A stretch of 61,741 nt of DNA, counting the filler, from an uncultured bacterium (lineage in GTDB: Bacteria > CAYSBA01), in the NCBI GenBank assembly GCA_964429075.1. It is 18 parts of 18 records of this genome, joined end to end, with 100 filler letters (N's around TTAATTAATTAA, not from the genome) between each part and the next. Parts side by side here need not be neighbours in the genome. Positions count along the whole stretch, not along the records: positions 41,872 to 45,173 come from CAYSBA010000214.1; positions 45,274 to 48,524 come from CAYSBA010000216.1; positions 48,625 to 51,854 come from CAYSBA010000217.1; positions 51,955 to 55,156 come from CAYSBA010000218.1; 14 more parts are not named here. One strand, given 5' to 3'. The position numbers and the translations under genes were made by a program. Below, one piece after another: positions 43,044 through 52,293 of this stretch. The notes under the pieces were generated by a model. That model did no database searches. It saw only the letters and a program-made list of their open reading frames with translations, and had not been told where the DNA came from. Numbering within the stretch: position 1 is the first letter of the stretch; each line of letters opens with the position of its first letter.

Positions 43044-44963
43044 CTACCTGTTTCCCTTTTCTTCTACCCAGTCAAGCTGCTTGATGCCATCTTTTTCTGT
43101 AGCAACAAGCATGCCCTCTTCCAATTTTAATTTCCTGTCCGGCAATCTAAAGAGTCTTTCCCAAAGTCTGTTTGAGAGTTCTAAAAGATCCTTTTCTATT
43201 CTTCGCTTAAGTGTTTTTAGTCTCAGATATCTTTTGGCAAGCCCCTCTAAATCGTAATCGTCTATTTTTGCATTGAAAAGCTCTTTTGGTTTGAAACCTA
43301 TATTTTCAAGGTGCAAGAGGGGAGTTGGATAGTGATTTATGTTGCTAAATTTACACGAACAGTTTACTGATGCAGTTATCTTTGGAATGCGTGATCTGAT
43401 TTTTGGACAGGATATAGGGTTGCCCCTCAAAACTGAGACAAGATTAACATCGGTAGATAGATTTGCACATCGTGAAAAGATATAGTTGGCTGCAAGAAGA
43501 CCAGAAGGGAAATGGCCAAGAGTATGTTTTAACACTACAACCTCAGGATAATCCAGTACACCGTGCTCATCCACCTTTTTCTTAAGTGCTGCAATAACAC
43601 TGCAATTATTCATAAGGTGTGAGACCAGTGGATCTATTTCAAAATCCGCTTCTGTCCAGAATGGTTTTTCCGCAGGGCCTTTTATCTCCTCTATCTCTTG
43701 TAATGCCTCTTGTAACTCACCCTGCTCTTTTTGCTCGTGAATCTGTTGCTTAATATCAGTTAGTTCACCAAGTTTTTCTTTTAGATCTGTTACTATGTTG
43801 AAAAGTTTTTCCTTTTCCAGAAGTGTAATATTTCTAAGATATTCAAAGGGTTTTTCAACAGGTGAAAAATCCCTTTTTAAAAACCTGCTCCTTTTGCCAC
43901 TCTTTTGGTGTATACCAAGGGGCAGTTTTATCAGATTCCCATACCCCAGATCCTTTCTTTTTGTCTGTTTTGGAAAGAACTCAAGATGAATCTCAAGTGG
44001 TAATCTGCTTGTGATCCTTTTCTGTGCAAGCTTTCCAAAGTTGTATGCCACGGCTGCAGGAACTGGGTCCTTTAATAATATCCAGATATGATAACCCTTA
44101 TAACCAGACGCCTCAAGAATAGCAGGAATTTCATACTCATCGAGAAATTCAAAAACCAGAGAAACAGCTCTTTTGAGTGAATTTCTGAGTGCAAGAACTC
44201 TCTGTCTATCCTGTATCCTTTCGATGGCCTTCTTACTTATATCAACATCAAAGGCCATAAAAGATACAGTATCATCAAGTCTTAGGCAGTATACGCCAAC
44301 GGTTATATCTCCAATAAAGTGTTGCCTTAGGATCCTTGGAGTAAGCGGCTCTTCTACAGGGCTATAGCCACCTCTGGATTTTGTATGTGAATACCATTGA
44401 CGGGCATATACATCTTCTCTGCCTCCAAAAAGATATAAAAAGCGTACAATGTCTGTATCATCCGGGAATATATAGTCTTTTCCTTCGACAAATCTCTCAT
44501 CTATCACAATATCTTCATCTTTTTTTGTGCTTATAATCTGTGAGATCTCACTGTCGGAAAGACCACCTTTTTTAGCAAGTTCTGCTGCCTTTTTAATCAG
44601 ATCCTCTTCTCCTCTATAAACATAGAGTTCTACAAGTGTTTCAAAAGCGGTCTTTGAAGGTGGCTTAAGCGCGATACGTCTCTCAAGGAGTCTTATTGCC
44701 TTTTCATTCTCTGCACGTTCGAGATAGTGTTCTATAAGACTATCCATAATCTGCACATCGTCTGGTGCGTCCCTTAGCGCAAGGTTGAGTTCTCTTATTG
44801 CTGTAGAAAATAGCCCAAGCTCTTCACAAAACTGTGCGGTTATCTTGTGAATATTTTTTGTAGATATATTCTCGTTGATAAATTTTTTGAGCTCAGAAAT
44901 TGCAGTGTTTGTATCACCTCTGTTTATTAAGGATCTTATCCTCTCTAACTCATTATCTATCAT
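43044..44963 (-). CDS. CRISPR-associated primase-polymerase (CAPP type A-like): TPR + AEP Prim-Pol + Cys-containing C-terminal domain
   Basis: N-terminal TPR helices. FGGREDVYARQW; motif I AFDVD, motif II SGYKGYH, EFFPKQ, GNLIKLPLG.H; C-terminal C...C...PISC...CSC...YPTPL. The stop codon abuts the cas1 start. Confidence 0.88.
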   Translation of the reverse strand: MIDNELERIRSLINRGDTNTAISELKKFINENISTKNIHKITAQFCEELGLFSTAIRELNLALRDAPDDVQIMDSLIEHYLERAENEKAIRLLERRIALKPPSKTAFETLVELYVYRGEEDLIKKAAELAKKGGLSDSEISQIISTKKDEDIVIDERFVEGKDYIFPDDTDIVRFLYLFGGREDVYARQWYSHTKSRGGYSPVEEPLTPRILRQHFIGDITVGVYCLRLDDTVSFMAFDVDISKKAIERIQDRQRVLALRNSLKRAVSLVFEFLDEYEIPAILEASGYKGYHIWILLKDPVPAAVAYNFGKLAQKRITSRLPLEIHLEFFPKQTKRKDLGYGNLIKLPLGIHQKSGKRSRFLKRDFSPVEKPFEYLRNITLLEKEKLFNIVTDLKEKLGELTDIKQQIHEQKEQGELQEALQEIEEIKGPAEKPFWTEADFEIDPLVSHLMNNCSVIAALKKKVDEHGVLDYPEVVVLKHTLGHFPSGLLAANYIFSRCANLSTDVNLVSVLRGNPISCPKIRSRIPKITASVNCSCKFSNINHYPTPLLHLENIGFKPKELFNAKIDDYDLEGLAKRYLRLKTLKRRIEKDLLELSNRLWERLFRLPDRKLKLEEGMLVATEKDGIKQLDWVEEKGNR

Positions 44964-45171
44964 CTTTTTTTAGGCTGTCAAAATCAATCAATTGAACTGA
45001 ACTCTTTACAAATGGATTATCTCCTTGTTCTTTTGAATCTCTATTATCAACCAGACACATCAAAAATACCTTGTGGATTGTGTTATTCAGGTCTTCTGCA
45101 AGTTTTGATATGAGAAAGGTCATCTGGCTTGTTCCACCTGTTATGTTAATATATATCTTAGAGAGCTTAAG
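44953..45171 (-). CDS. C-terminal fragment of a probable CARF-fold CRISPR accessory protein (absent from the ORF track)
   Basis: Manual translation gives LKLSKIYINITGGTSQMTFLISKLAEDL...LMCLVDNRDSKEQGDNPF...KKDDR*. It carries the strand-NITGGT-helix motif and overlaps the CAPP start by 11 bp. Confidence 0.55.
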   Translation of the reverse strand, partial: LKLSKIYINITGGTSQMTFLISKLAEDLNNTIHKVFLMCLVDNRDSKEQGDNPFVKSSVQLIDFDSLKKDDR

Positions 45172-45273
45172 GGNNNNNNNNNNNNNNNNNNNNNNNNNNN
45201 NNNNNNNNNNNNNNNNNTTAATTAATTAANNNNNNNNNNNNNNNNNNNNNNNNNNNNNNNNNNNNNNNNNNNN

Positions 45274-46985
45274 AGAGGTTGAGCAGAATTGATCAGCACA
45301 GCCTTTACAAGAGCAGAGGTTGGGTCAAAGGATTCACCCGTACCTCGCTCACCGGTTGGATAATAACCAGATTCAAAGTAATCTCTTACGAGAAGTGCTG
45401 CACCCGCTATAATTGGTGATGAAAAACTTGTCCCAGGTGTTGGATATCTATCGTCCACCGCACACTGATTGTTGGGCGGGTCTGTTTTTGAAGATGCCTT
45501 TGGATTGCCAAATATATCACAACAGCCTTCATCGTTCCAATCTGTTTCTGTGGCTGAGTACACAAGGCCTGGTGATACAATATCCGGCTTTATTCTACCA
45601 TCAGCTGTTGGACCGATGCTGCTGAATATGGCAAGATTATCATAACCACCGTAGACCTGACTTGCAGTGGCACCAACACATATTGTATTTTTTGCAGTAC
45701 TGCCAGTTCCTCCAAGGGTCTTTGGTGCAGGTCCTGAATTTCCTGCAGCAAAGGTTACTACAAGATCCTGAAAACTCCATATTGCAAGATCTGCATCCCT
45801 GCTCTCTCGATCATAGGTTACTGTTGGGTTCTGACTTCCAAAGCTATCGTTGTGAACCCGAGCACCAGAATCATAGGCCTGTTGCAGGAGATTGGCCAAG
45901 CCTACAACAATGCCATAGAGTTCACCAGCATGGTTTCCTATGTCCTGAAAAACAATCTGTGCACCGGGAGCCATCCCATCTTCATTATCGTGGCCAGGGT
46001 CATCAGGACTTGCTAGATGGGAATAATTATCACCTGCAGCATTACCTGTAGTATGGGTGCCATGGAAATCGCCTGATGCATCATCGTATGCCTCTGCATA
46101 GGGTTCGAGATAGTAGGCAATGACCTTTTTATCTGTATGGAGAGTGCCAACATTGGGTGCCTGTATAAACTCTGCAAGTGTTTGAGCATCAGGATCTGAT
46201 GAATATCTAAATTGACATGCATCGGTATCAAGCCCACTATCTGCAGCACTGTATATCTGGCCGGTACCAACAATACCTGCATCCCATATAGGTGTTGATT
46301 CGATCTTGCCACTCTGTATTATCCAGGCACTATCATTGTTATAGAGAACAGGAACCCTGAAAATATCTATCCAGTAGGTCTGTTCCAGTTTTTCTGCTAT
46401 TGAAAGTGAGATATCTACTGCATCTTCTCTATCTACCCTTATATAAATAGTCCCTTCAGAAATATCTGATCTCTGTATATGTATTATCTCATAGTTGAAG
46501 CCAGGGATCTTTTCTCTGAGTTGTTTTGTAAATAGATATGGATCGCTTCCTTTGAACACCGAGACCCTTATTGTCACAGGTGAATCGCTAACTGTGTATA
46601 TAGCCGGATCTATTCTCCAGCGAGGCATGTATCTACAGATTGCTCTTACATTCGTTAGATTATAGATTTTACGAGCTGTATCCTCTGTATCTATAAAGAC
46701 AAGGAGGGCATCATCCGGGATATAGTCATAAATCCTCACACCCAGTTTGATAAGCCTTTTTAACCCACCTTTTGCGGGGCTGTTGTAGAATTGAACAATG
46801 TAGAACCCACCAGCCCCATCAGTTGGGGATAAACATAGAGCTGGCTCATCTATAGGATCGAACACAAGACTTTTTAATTGCAGATATTTATGGGTAGTAA
46901 TTTGTTGTGCTACTGTATTGAGACTTATCAGTATAAAAAAGACAACAGTAGCTGAAATACAACTAATCTTTTTTCCATTTGCCAT
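45274..46985 (-). CDS. Secreted S8 subtilase (Kp43-like), 3'-truncated
   Basis: Signal peptide; catalytic DSGLD, HGTHT, AAGNSG, TAKN, KPDIVSPG, GTSFSSP. Confidence 0.9.
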
Positions 46986-47604
46986 CCGATTCAGCTCTCT
47001 TTTTAAGTGTCTTTAAAACATCAGGTAAGTCCCCCTTTGTTAACCATTTTTGAACAAACGATGGCACCAGCATCCCTGTATCTACATATACAGAATAGAT
47101 TGCGATACTCCGCTGGCTGTCTAAAGGACATATCTGCCAGTAACCGGTTGTTTCATCAATGTCATTCTTTTTATTCTTATCCAGCTGCCATTCGAAGTAG
47201 TATTGATCTGGTTTAATAAAATGATCCAGATAGTATCTTACATGTTTAAACATAAACTTTAGATCAAAAAAAACCTTTACGATATTGCCTTTCCTTGAGA
47301 TTATCTTCGAGTTCACTATTCTCGGGAAATATTCCTTCATCTTATTAAAGTCAAGCAGGATGGAAAACACCTTCGATGCAGGCCGGTTGATCAGTATGTA
47401 TGCCCTGCCACGTCCCTTATCTTTTCCATCTTTGTCTCTAAAGATCTCGTCGGTCACAAAGACCTCACCTTTTTTTAGCTTTTTTAATATTTCTGGAGTG
47501 ATAGAGTTGCAACGATTGTTATCATTTTTTATTGTGGACCCTTCTGCTATAGTAAAGCCAGAAATAGTCAATAAAGTAACAAATACCAGCACTCTGTATC
47601 TCAT
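46963..47604 (-). CDS. Exported START/SRPBCC (polyketide cyclase-like) lipid-binding protein
   Basis: Signal peptide; INRPASKVFSILLDF..MKEYFP, GYW, VPSFVQKWL...LP..L..L. Confidence 0.7.
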   Translation of the reverse strand: MRYRVLVFVTLLTISGFTIAEGSTIKNDNNRCNSITPEILKKLKKGEVFVTDEIFRDKDGKDKGRGRAYILINRPASKVFSILLDFNKMKEYFPRIVNSKIISRKGNIVKVFFDLKFMFKHVRYYLDHFIKPDQYYFEWQLDKNKKNDIDETTGYWQICPLDSQRSIAIYSVYVDTGMLVPSFVQKWLTKGDLPDVLKTLKKRAESDGKWKKD

Positions 47605-47746
47605 AAAGGCAGTATAGGTGATAAAAAAATGAATGTCAATACAAATAAGGTTACTCCTGGAGATTTTACATTAACAATCAGGTCTTCTGTTTTTTGTTAA
47701 AAATTATATAAAGTTAAGACGAGTAACAATCTCTGAAAGGATGATA

Positions 47747-48385
47747 TCAACTCTTCTCAGTATCCTCCTGTGTAAGTGTGGCTTTAAGTATCTGTATCGC
47801 TGTCTCAGTATCTGGATTCTCTGAGTTTAGCTTATTAAGTGCAGCCTGCGCTGCCTCTTTAAATTGATTATTCATCGTTGTTGTTTTATCAACAAAGGTT
47901 TTAAGAAGATCGTAGAGATCTTTAAATTCGTCAGACTTTCTAAGTGGCCTTAATGAAGATTCCTTCCCCTCAATAAGATCATTTAGGACCCTTTTCATCA
48001 CAAATACAGGACCTGCCATTCTATGGGTAATCAGTATACCAAAGCCAAAGACAAAGATAGATATGGCAAAGGAAAAGATAAGAAGATGCATTGCTGTGGT
48101 TTGAATAACATAATTAGTATTTTTTAATTTCTTATCAATCATCATGTACTCTTTTTCCATAACCTCTCTCCTGGGAGAGGGGATATCTGTTGCAGCCATC
48201 AGGACCTCTATCAGGTCTTTTTTTGCAAGAAGATTCTGATGAATAAGATCACCATTCTGTTTGATGGCACCAAATATAACAGACGAAAAGGCAAGACATA
48301 TCAAAAAACACAAAAAGGCAATTAGTGCTGAGTATTTAATCTGAAAGCCCCTGTATATTAAATATTTTCTTCTATATTTTCCCAT
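47747..48385 (-). CDS. Two-TM membrane protein with a HAMP-like segment
   Basis: RRKYLI...FQIKY, two TM helices, THRMAGP...LRKSDEFKDL. Confidence 0.6.
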   Translation of the reverse strand: MGKYRRKYLIYRGFQIKYSALIAFLCFLICLAFSSVIFGAIKQNGDLIHQNLLAKKDLIEVLMAATDIPSPRREVMEKEYMMIDKKLKNTNYVIQTTAMHLLIFSFAISIFVFGFGILITHRMAGPVFVMKRVLNDLIEGKESSLRPLRKSDEFKDLYDLLKTFVDKTTTMNNQFKEAAQAALNKLNSENPDTETAIQILKATLTQEDTEKS

Positions 48386-48626
48386 TTTGAAAATAACATA
48401 ACATAAGATTTCTTATTTGTAAAATTAACAACCTTAGATACCAATCGGATATGACTCTTTTTTTCTATGCACTTTATATTTTAGATGTTTTTCCTTCCTA
48501 ATAAGCACAAACAAAGGTTTTATANNNNNNNNNNNNNNNNNNNNNNNNNNNNNNNNNNNNNNNNNNNNTTAATTAATTAANNNNNNNNNNNNNNNNNNNN
48601 NNNNNNNNNNNNNNNNNNNNNNNNAA

Positions 48627-48872
48627 GATGCGGGTGAAGAAGATGTTGTTCAGATAGGAAAAGGACCTGTTCTTATTCTCAAAGACTCAGAAATTATTAC
48701 CAATGAGTGCCTTGATGATGATTTAAGACTGGTTGCAAGAAAACTGAAAAAACCTCTTCAACTCAAAGTTGAAGAACTTGGCACAACTGATGCCACAAAA
48801 ATCATGCTCTCAAAAGGAGGAGTGCCTTCAACAACGCTAAGCGTTGCTGTGCGAAGCATCCACTCAACAATA
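48627..48872 (+). pseudogene. M42-family (TET) aminopeptidase C-terminal fragment, broken at the junction with rsmD
   Basis: Manual translation gives IGKGPVLILKD...ELGTTDATKI..SKGGVPSTTLSVAVRSIHST, after which the frame runs into antisense rsmD. Confidence 0.7.
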
Positions 48873-49222
48873 TCAGGCTCATCACTGGATACAAATGCAT
48901 CTTTTGTGAGATCGAGATTTTTTAAAAAAAAACTGCCCATCATGTGTAAATTATTCTCATTTAGAAATCTCTTGATCAGCAACAGTAATCTCTTATTCTT
49001 GTCTACAAAATATACACATCCTGCACCGAGCGATAGGGCTTCTATTCCAACAATACCACTGCCACAGAAAATGTCCCAGAATACAGAACCCTTTATTTCA
49101 AATGAAAGCAGGTCAAAAAGACTCTTTCTCATTCTTGAAGTAAATGGCCTTACTCCAACAAGGTCTCTGTCGGTTGCAGGCAACCTTTTCCCCTTTAAGA
49201 TACCCCTTGATACCCTTAACAC
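48866..49222 (-). pseudogene. rsmD: 16S rRNA m2G966 methyltransferase RsmD, truncated before the DPPY motif
   Basis: MLRV..G.LKG, VRP...RMRKSLF, DIFCGSGIVGIEALSLGA. Similarity ends at PDIV; the DPPY motif is missing. Confidence 0.75.
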
Positions 49223-49223
49223 C

Positions 49224-49805
49224 TCATAGACTCCCTCTTTTTATAAGCTCTTCGCGTGTAAAAAGTGATATCACAGTTGCACTATCGCCAAGCTTCTCCT
49301 TTATCCTTTCTATTCCTCCCTCCTGCCTATCAACTACTACAAGTACACCTACAATTATTCCCCCCTCTTCTCTTACCCGTTCTATCGCCTTTATTGCAGA
49401 TGCCCCTGTTGTTGTTACATCTTCCACTATAAATACCTTTTTATCCTTAATGTCACCCTCTACCCATCTTGATGTTCCATGAGCCTTTTTTTCCTTTCTA
49501 ACAATAAAGACATCAATACCCCTTCCATCCCTGTTGGCAGTATGGGCAATAGAATATGCGATTGGATCCGCTCCAAGGGTAAGACCTCCAATTGCATCGA
49601 AATCAAAATTCCTGATAGCCTCATACCCCACCCTGCCAATGAGGAGCATTCCTTCAGAATGGAGAGCTGTCTTTTTCATATCAATATAGATATCACTCCT
49701 TTTACCGCTTGAAAGCAAAAAGCCATTATCTGGATCATACTTAAATGACCTCTTGACAATAAGATTCAGCAATCTCTCTCTATCTGTCATCTCTTTCTCC
49801 TTCAA
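49224..49805 (-). CDS. pyrE: Orotate phosphoribosyltransferase
   Basis: FLLSSG..S..YID, GGLTLGADP, VRKEKKAHG, VEDVTTTGAS, VDRQEG. Confidence 0.94.
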   Translation of the reverse strand: MKEKEMTDRERLLNLIVKRSFKYDPDNGFLLSSGKRSDIYIDMKKTALHSEGMLLIGRVGYEAIRNFDFDAIGGLTLGADPIAYSIAHTANRDGRGIDVFIVRKEKKAHGTSRWVEGDIKDKKVFIVEDVTTTGASAIKAIERVREEGGIIVGVLVVVDRQEGGIERIKEKLGDSATVISLFTREELIKRGSL

Positions 49806-49956
49806 ACAACATTTTTGTGTATGCTATCTCAAAAGTTTTTATAAATTTCAAATTGCAAAGATTGATATATAGTCCATTTTACCTATTTGACATAATCACA
49901 AATAGCTGTATACTATAAAGGCAAGGAAATTATCAAACTTATACGAGGAGCACAAT

Positions 49957-51117
49957 ATGAAAAAGTTCCTGTTTCTTTTTGCAATTTCAACATTACTAGC
50001 ATACTGTTCTGGAAGAAATACACCACCAAAGCCAGAGTGTATAGAAGATTCAGATTGTGGAGCCAACCAGATCTGTGAGAGTGGTAAATGTGTCGCTACC
50101 AATCCTGGGTGTACAAGCGATGCAGACTGTAATCCCGGTCAGACATGCAATGTTTTAACAGGGATGTGTGAAGGTAATAACAATACAGATCAATGTAATC
50201 CACCCTGCTCAGCTGGACAGATATGTCAGAACGGTACCTGTGTCGATCAGACGAATCCATGCACTTCAGATGCTGATTGCAGTGGGAAAAAGTGCAACGT
50301 ATCGAGTGGTGAATGTGTAGACTGCCTTACAAGTGACGATTGTCCATCAGGTTATGTTTGTAACCTTGTTACATATGTATGTGAAGAACAGGGTGGCGGC
50401 TGTCAGACAAATAGTGATTGTGGTGGCGCGACACCCTTCTGTGATACTGCAACAAACACTTGTGTACAGTGCAGGAACGATTCAGATTGTGCAGGCGATC
50501 AGACATGTACAAACCATGTGTGTCAGTCAAGCGGCTGCACCGATCCATGTTGTGGGTGTGCCGACGGTTTTATCTGCGATACCTCAGATCCAAGCAATCC
50601 ACAATGCATCTACGCAGAATGCCAGACCGATAGTGACTGCTCTGGAGACTATATCTGTCAGAACTATCAATGTGTACCAGACACCTCCAACTGCACCTGC
50701 ACACCCTGTCCCTGTCCATCAGGGTATCAGTGCAATCAGACCACTCAGCAGTGTGAGTTAATAAACTGCACATCCGACTCAGATTGTCCTTCTGGATTCT
50801 ACTGCGATGCTGGTATGTGCCAGAGCCAGACAAACCCTTGCCAGGACGGCGCTCCCTGCAGTAACGATGCTGACTGTCATGGCGGCACCTGTAACATCTT
50901 TGGTGGTGGTGTATGTCAATGCGGGGGCAATGGAAACAACTGTTCTTTTCCCTGTAATGCAGATTCAGACTGCGGTGGGCAACCTGGTAGTTGTGTAAAC
51001 GGCTGTTGCAACAACAGCACAGGACAGTGTTTACCCTTAGGTGACCAGATGATGTGTATGTTATTATGTATGATGTTTGGTGGCCAGTGTGATTCTGCAG
51101 GTAATTGCTGTATGTAA
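49957..51117 (+). CDS. Cys-rich repeat lipoprotein (CxxDxDC modules)
   Basis: Lipobox LAYC; 67 Cys in 386 aa by manual count; GAGGAG RBS. Confidence 0.8.
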   Translation: MKKFLFLFAISTLLAYCSGRNTPPKPECIEDSDCGANQICESGKCVATNPGCTSDADCNPGQTCNVLTGMCEGNNNTDQCNPPCSAGQICQNGTCVDQTNPCTSDADCSGKKCNVSSGECVDCLTSDDCPSGYVCNLVTYVCEEQGGGCQTNSDCGGATPFCDTATNTCVQCRNDSDCAGDQTCTNHVCQSSGCTDPCCGCADGFICDTSDPSNPQCIYAECQTDSDCSGDYICQNYQCVPDTSNCTCTPCPCPSGYQCNQTTQQCELINCTSDSDCPSGFYCDAGMCQSQTNPCQDGAPCSNDADCHGGTCNIFGGGVCQCGGNGNNCSFPCNADSDCGGQPGSCVNGCCNNSTGQCLPLGDQMMCMLLCMMFGGQCDSAGNCCM

Positions 51118-51163
51118 TCGCGATATAATCTGGTCCTCTTTTTAGCTATATAAACCATCGATC

Positions 51164-51854
51164 ATGCAAAGGGGTCTGATAGGTCGTTTATATCCCTTTT
51201 TGATACTATGTGTACTGTCTATAAACTGTGGAATATTTTCTGAGATAAACAACGGATATCCACATACAGAGATAAACTCACCTGTTGTCTTTGCCGAGAC
51301 CGATGTTTTAATATGTAAAGATGGTTATCCTGAAGTAAAAGGCAGTAATGTCTCCAAGAGAGTTTGTATTCCTGATGAATTAAATAATAAAGAGTGTCTT
51401 ACAAATAGCGACTGTGTTTTTCCCTCTCTATGTCTATGTGGGTTTTGCAGAGTCGTTGCATGTGACAACGATGCCAGATGCCCTGGTAATACAATCTGTG
51501 AAGCAGGTATATGCAGGAGTAGCTGCAATTTTTACGGTGAATGTGAAAACAATTTAGAGTGTCTGAATGGTGCTTGTATAAAAGAGTGTCATAATGATAA
51601 AGACTGTAATGCCATAGGAACTTGTAAAGATGGTCTCTGTACGATCTTGCAATGTAATTCCGATACAGAGTGCAACATCGGACTTGAGTGCATTACCCAG
51701 ATAGTTGATGCACCAGAAGATCCGGTTTTATCATCAGTAGGAGATAAAATTGTTATTACCTACTTAAAGGATAAAACAACAATCTATGATATCTATGATA
51801 TAAACACCAAAAGTAACCTTATAAAACAAAAAAAAAATGAAAGTGGTATAATTG
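51164..51854 (+). CDS. Second Cys-rich exported protein/lipoprotein (3'-truncated)
   Basis: Signal peptide ending SINC; CLTNSDC, CDNDARC, CHNDKDC, CNSDTEC modules. Confidence 0.65.
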
Positions 51855-51954
51855 NNNNNNNNNNNNNNNNNNNNNNNNNNNNNNNNNNNNNNNNNNNNTT
51901 AATTAATTAANNNNNNNNNNNNNNNNNNNNNNNNNNNNNNNNNNNNNNNNNNNN

Positions 51955-52274
51955 TATATACTGACAAATTGGCTGCCTCTTATGGGGCATTTGTATATAC
52001 TGCATATACACATATAACATCAGTTACTCCTGATGAGATTATCGCTTCTTCTGTCTGTGTTGGCATACCAGAAGACCCGAATCTACCGGGTGTAATAATG
52101 GAATATTCCCATAAGGGAACGAAAGAGACCTCGGAAAGGATCGTTACTAATATGGTAAAAGAGGCATTTAGGATGAGAGAATGGCCACTTAAAGAAATAA
52201 AGATTGCCTCATTTGAGATGAAAACCATGCCAAACAAGATTGCCACCACCTTTGCAGGTGTTTTTATCTTTTGA
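51955..52274 (+). CDS. Pyruvoyl-dependent arginine decarboxylase, C-terminal fragment
   Basis: GAFVYTAY.HITS..P.EIIASSV.VGIP.D...PGVIMEYS...MVKEAFRMR.W, directly upstream of speE/speB. Confidence 0.75.
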
Positions 52275-52293
52275 TTTGTTATGGAGGAGAATT

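Noticed and set aside
41772-45273. CRISPR array near cas1/cas2, or a link between the cas operon and the flanking DUF2723 and S8 protease genes
   Set aside because: I saw no repeat-spacer array anywhere in the window. The flanking genes lie across artificial linkers, so no association (such as a CRISPR-linked protease) can be claimed.
48758-49229. Overlapping antisense ORFs 48758-49222 and 48804-49229 as a genuine bidirectional gene pair
   Set aside because: They are explained by read-through across the rsmD/M42 breakpoint; each ORF is only half homologous to a real family.
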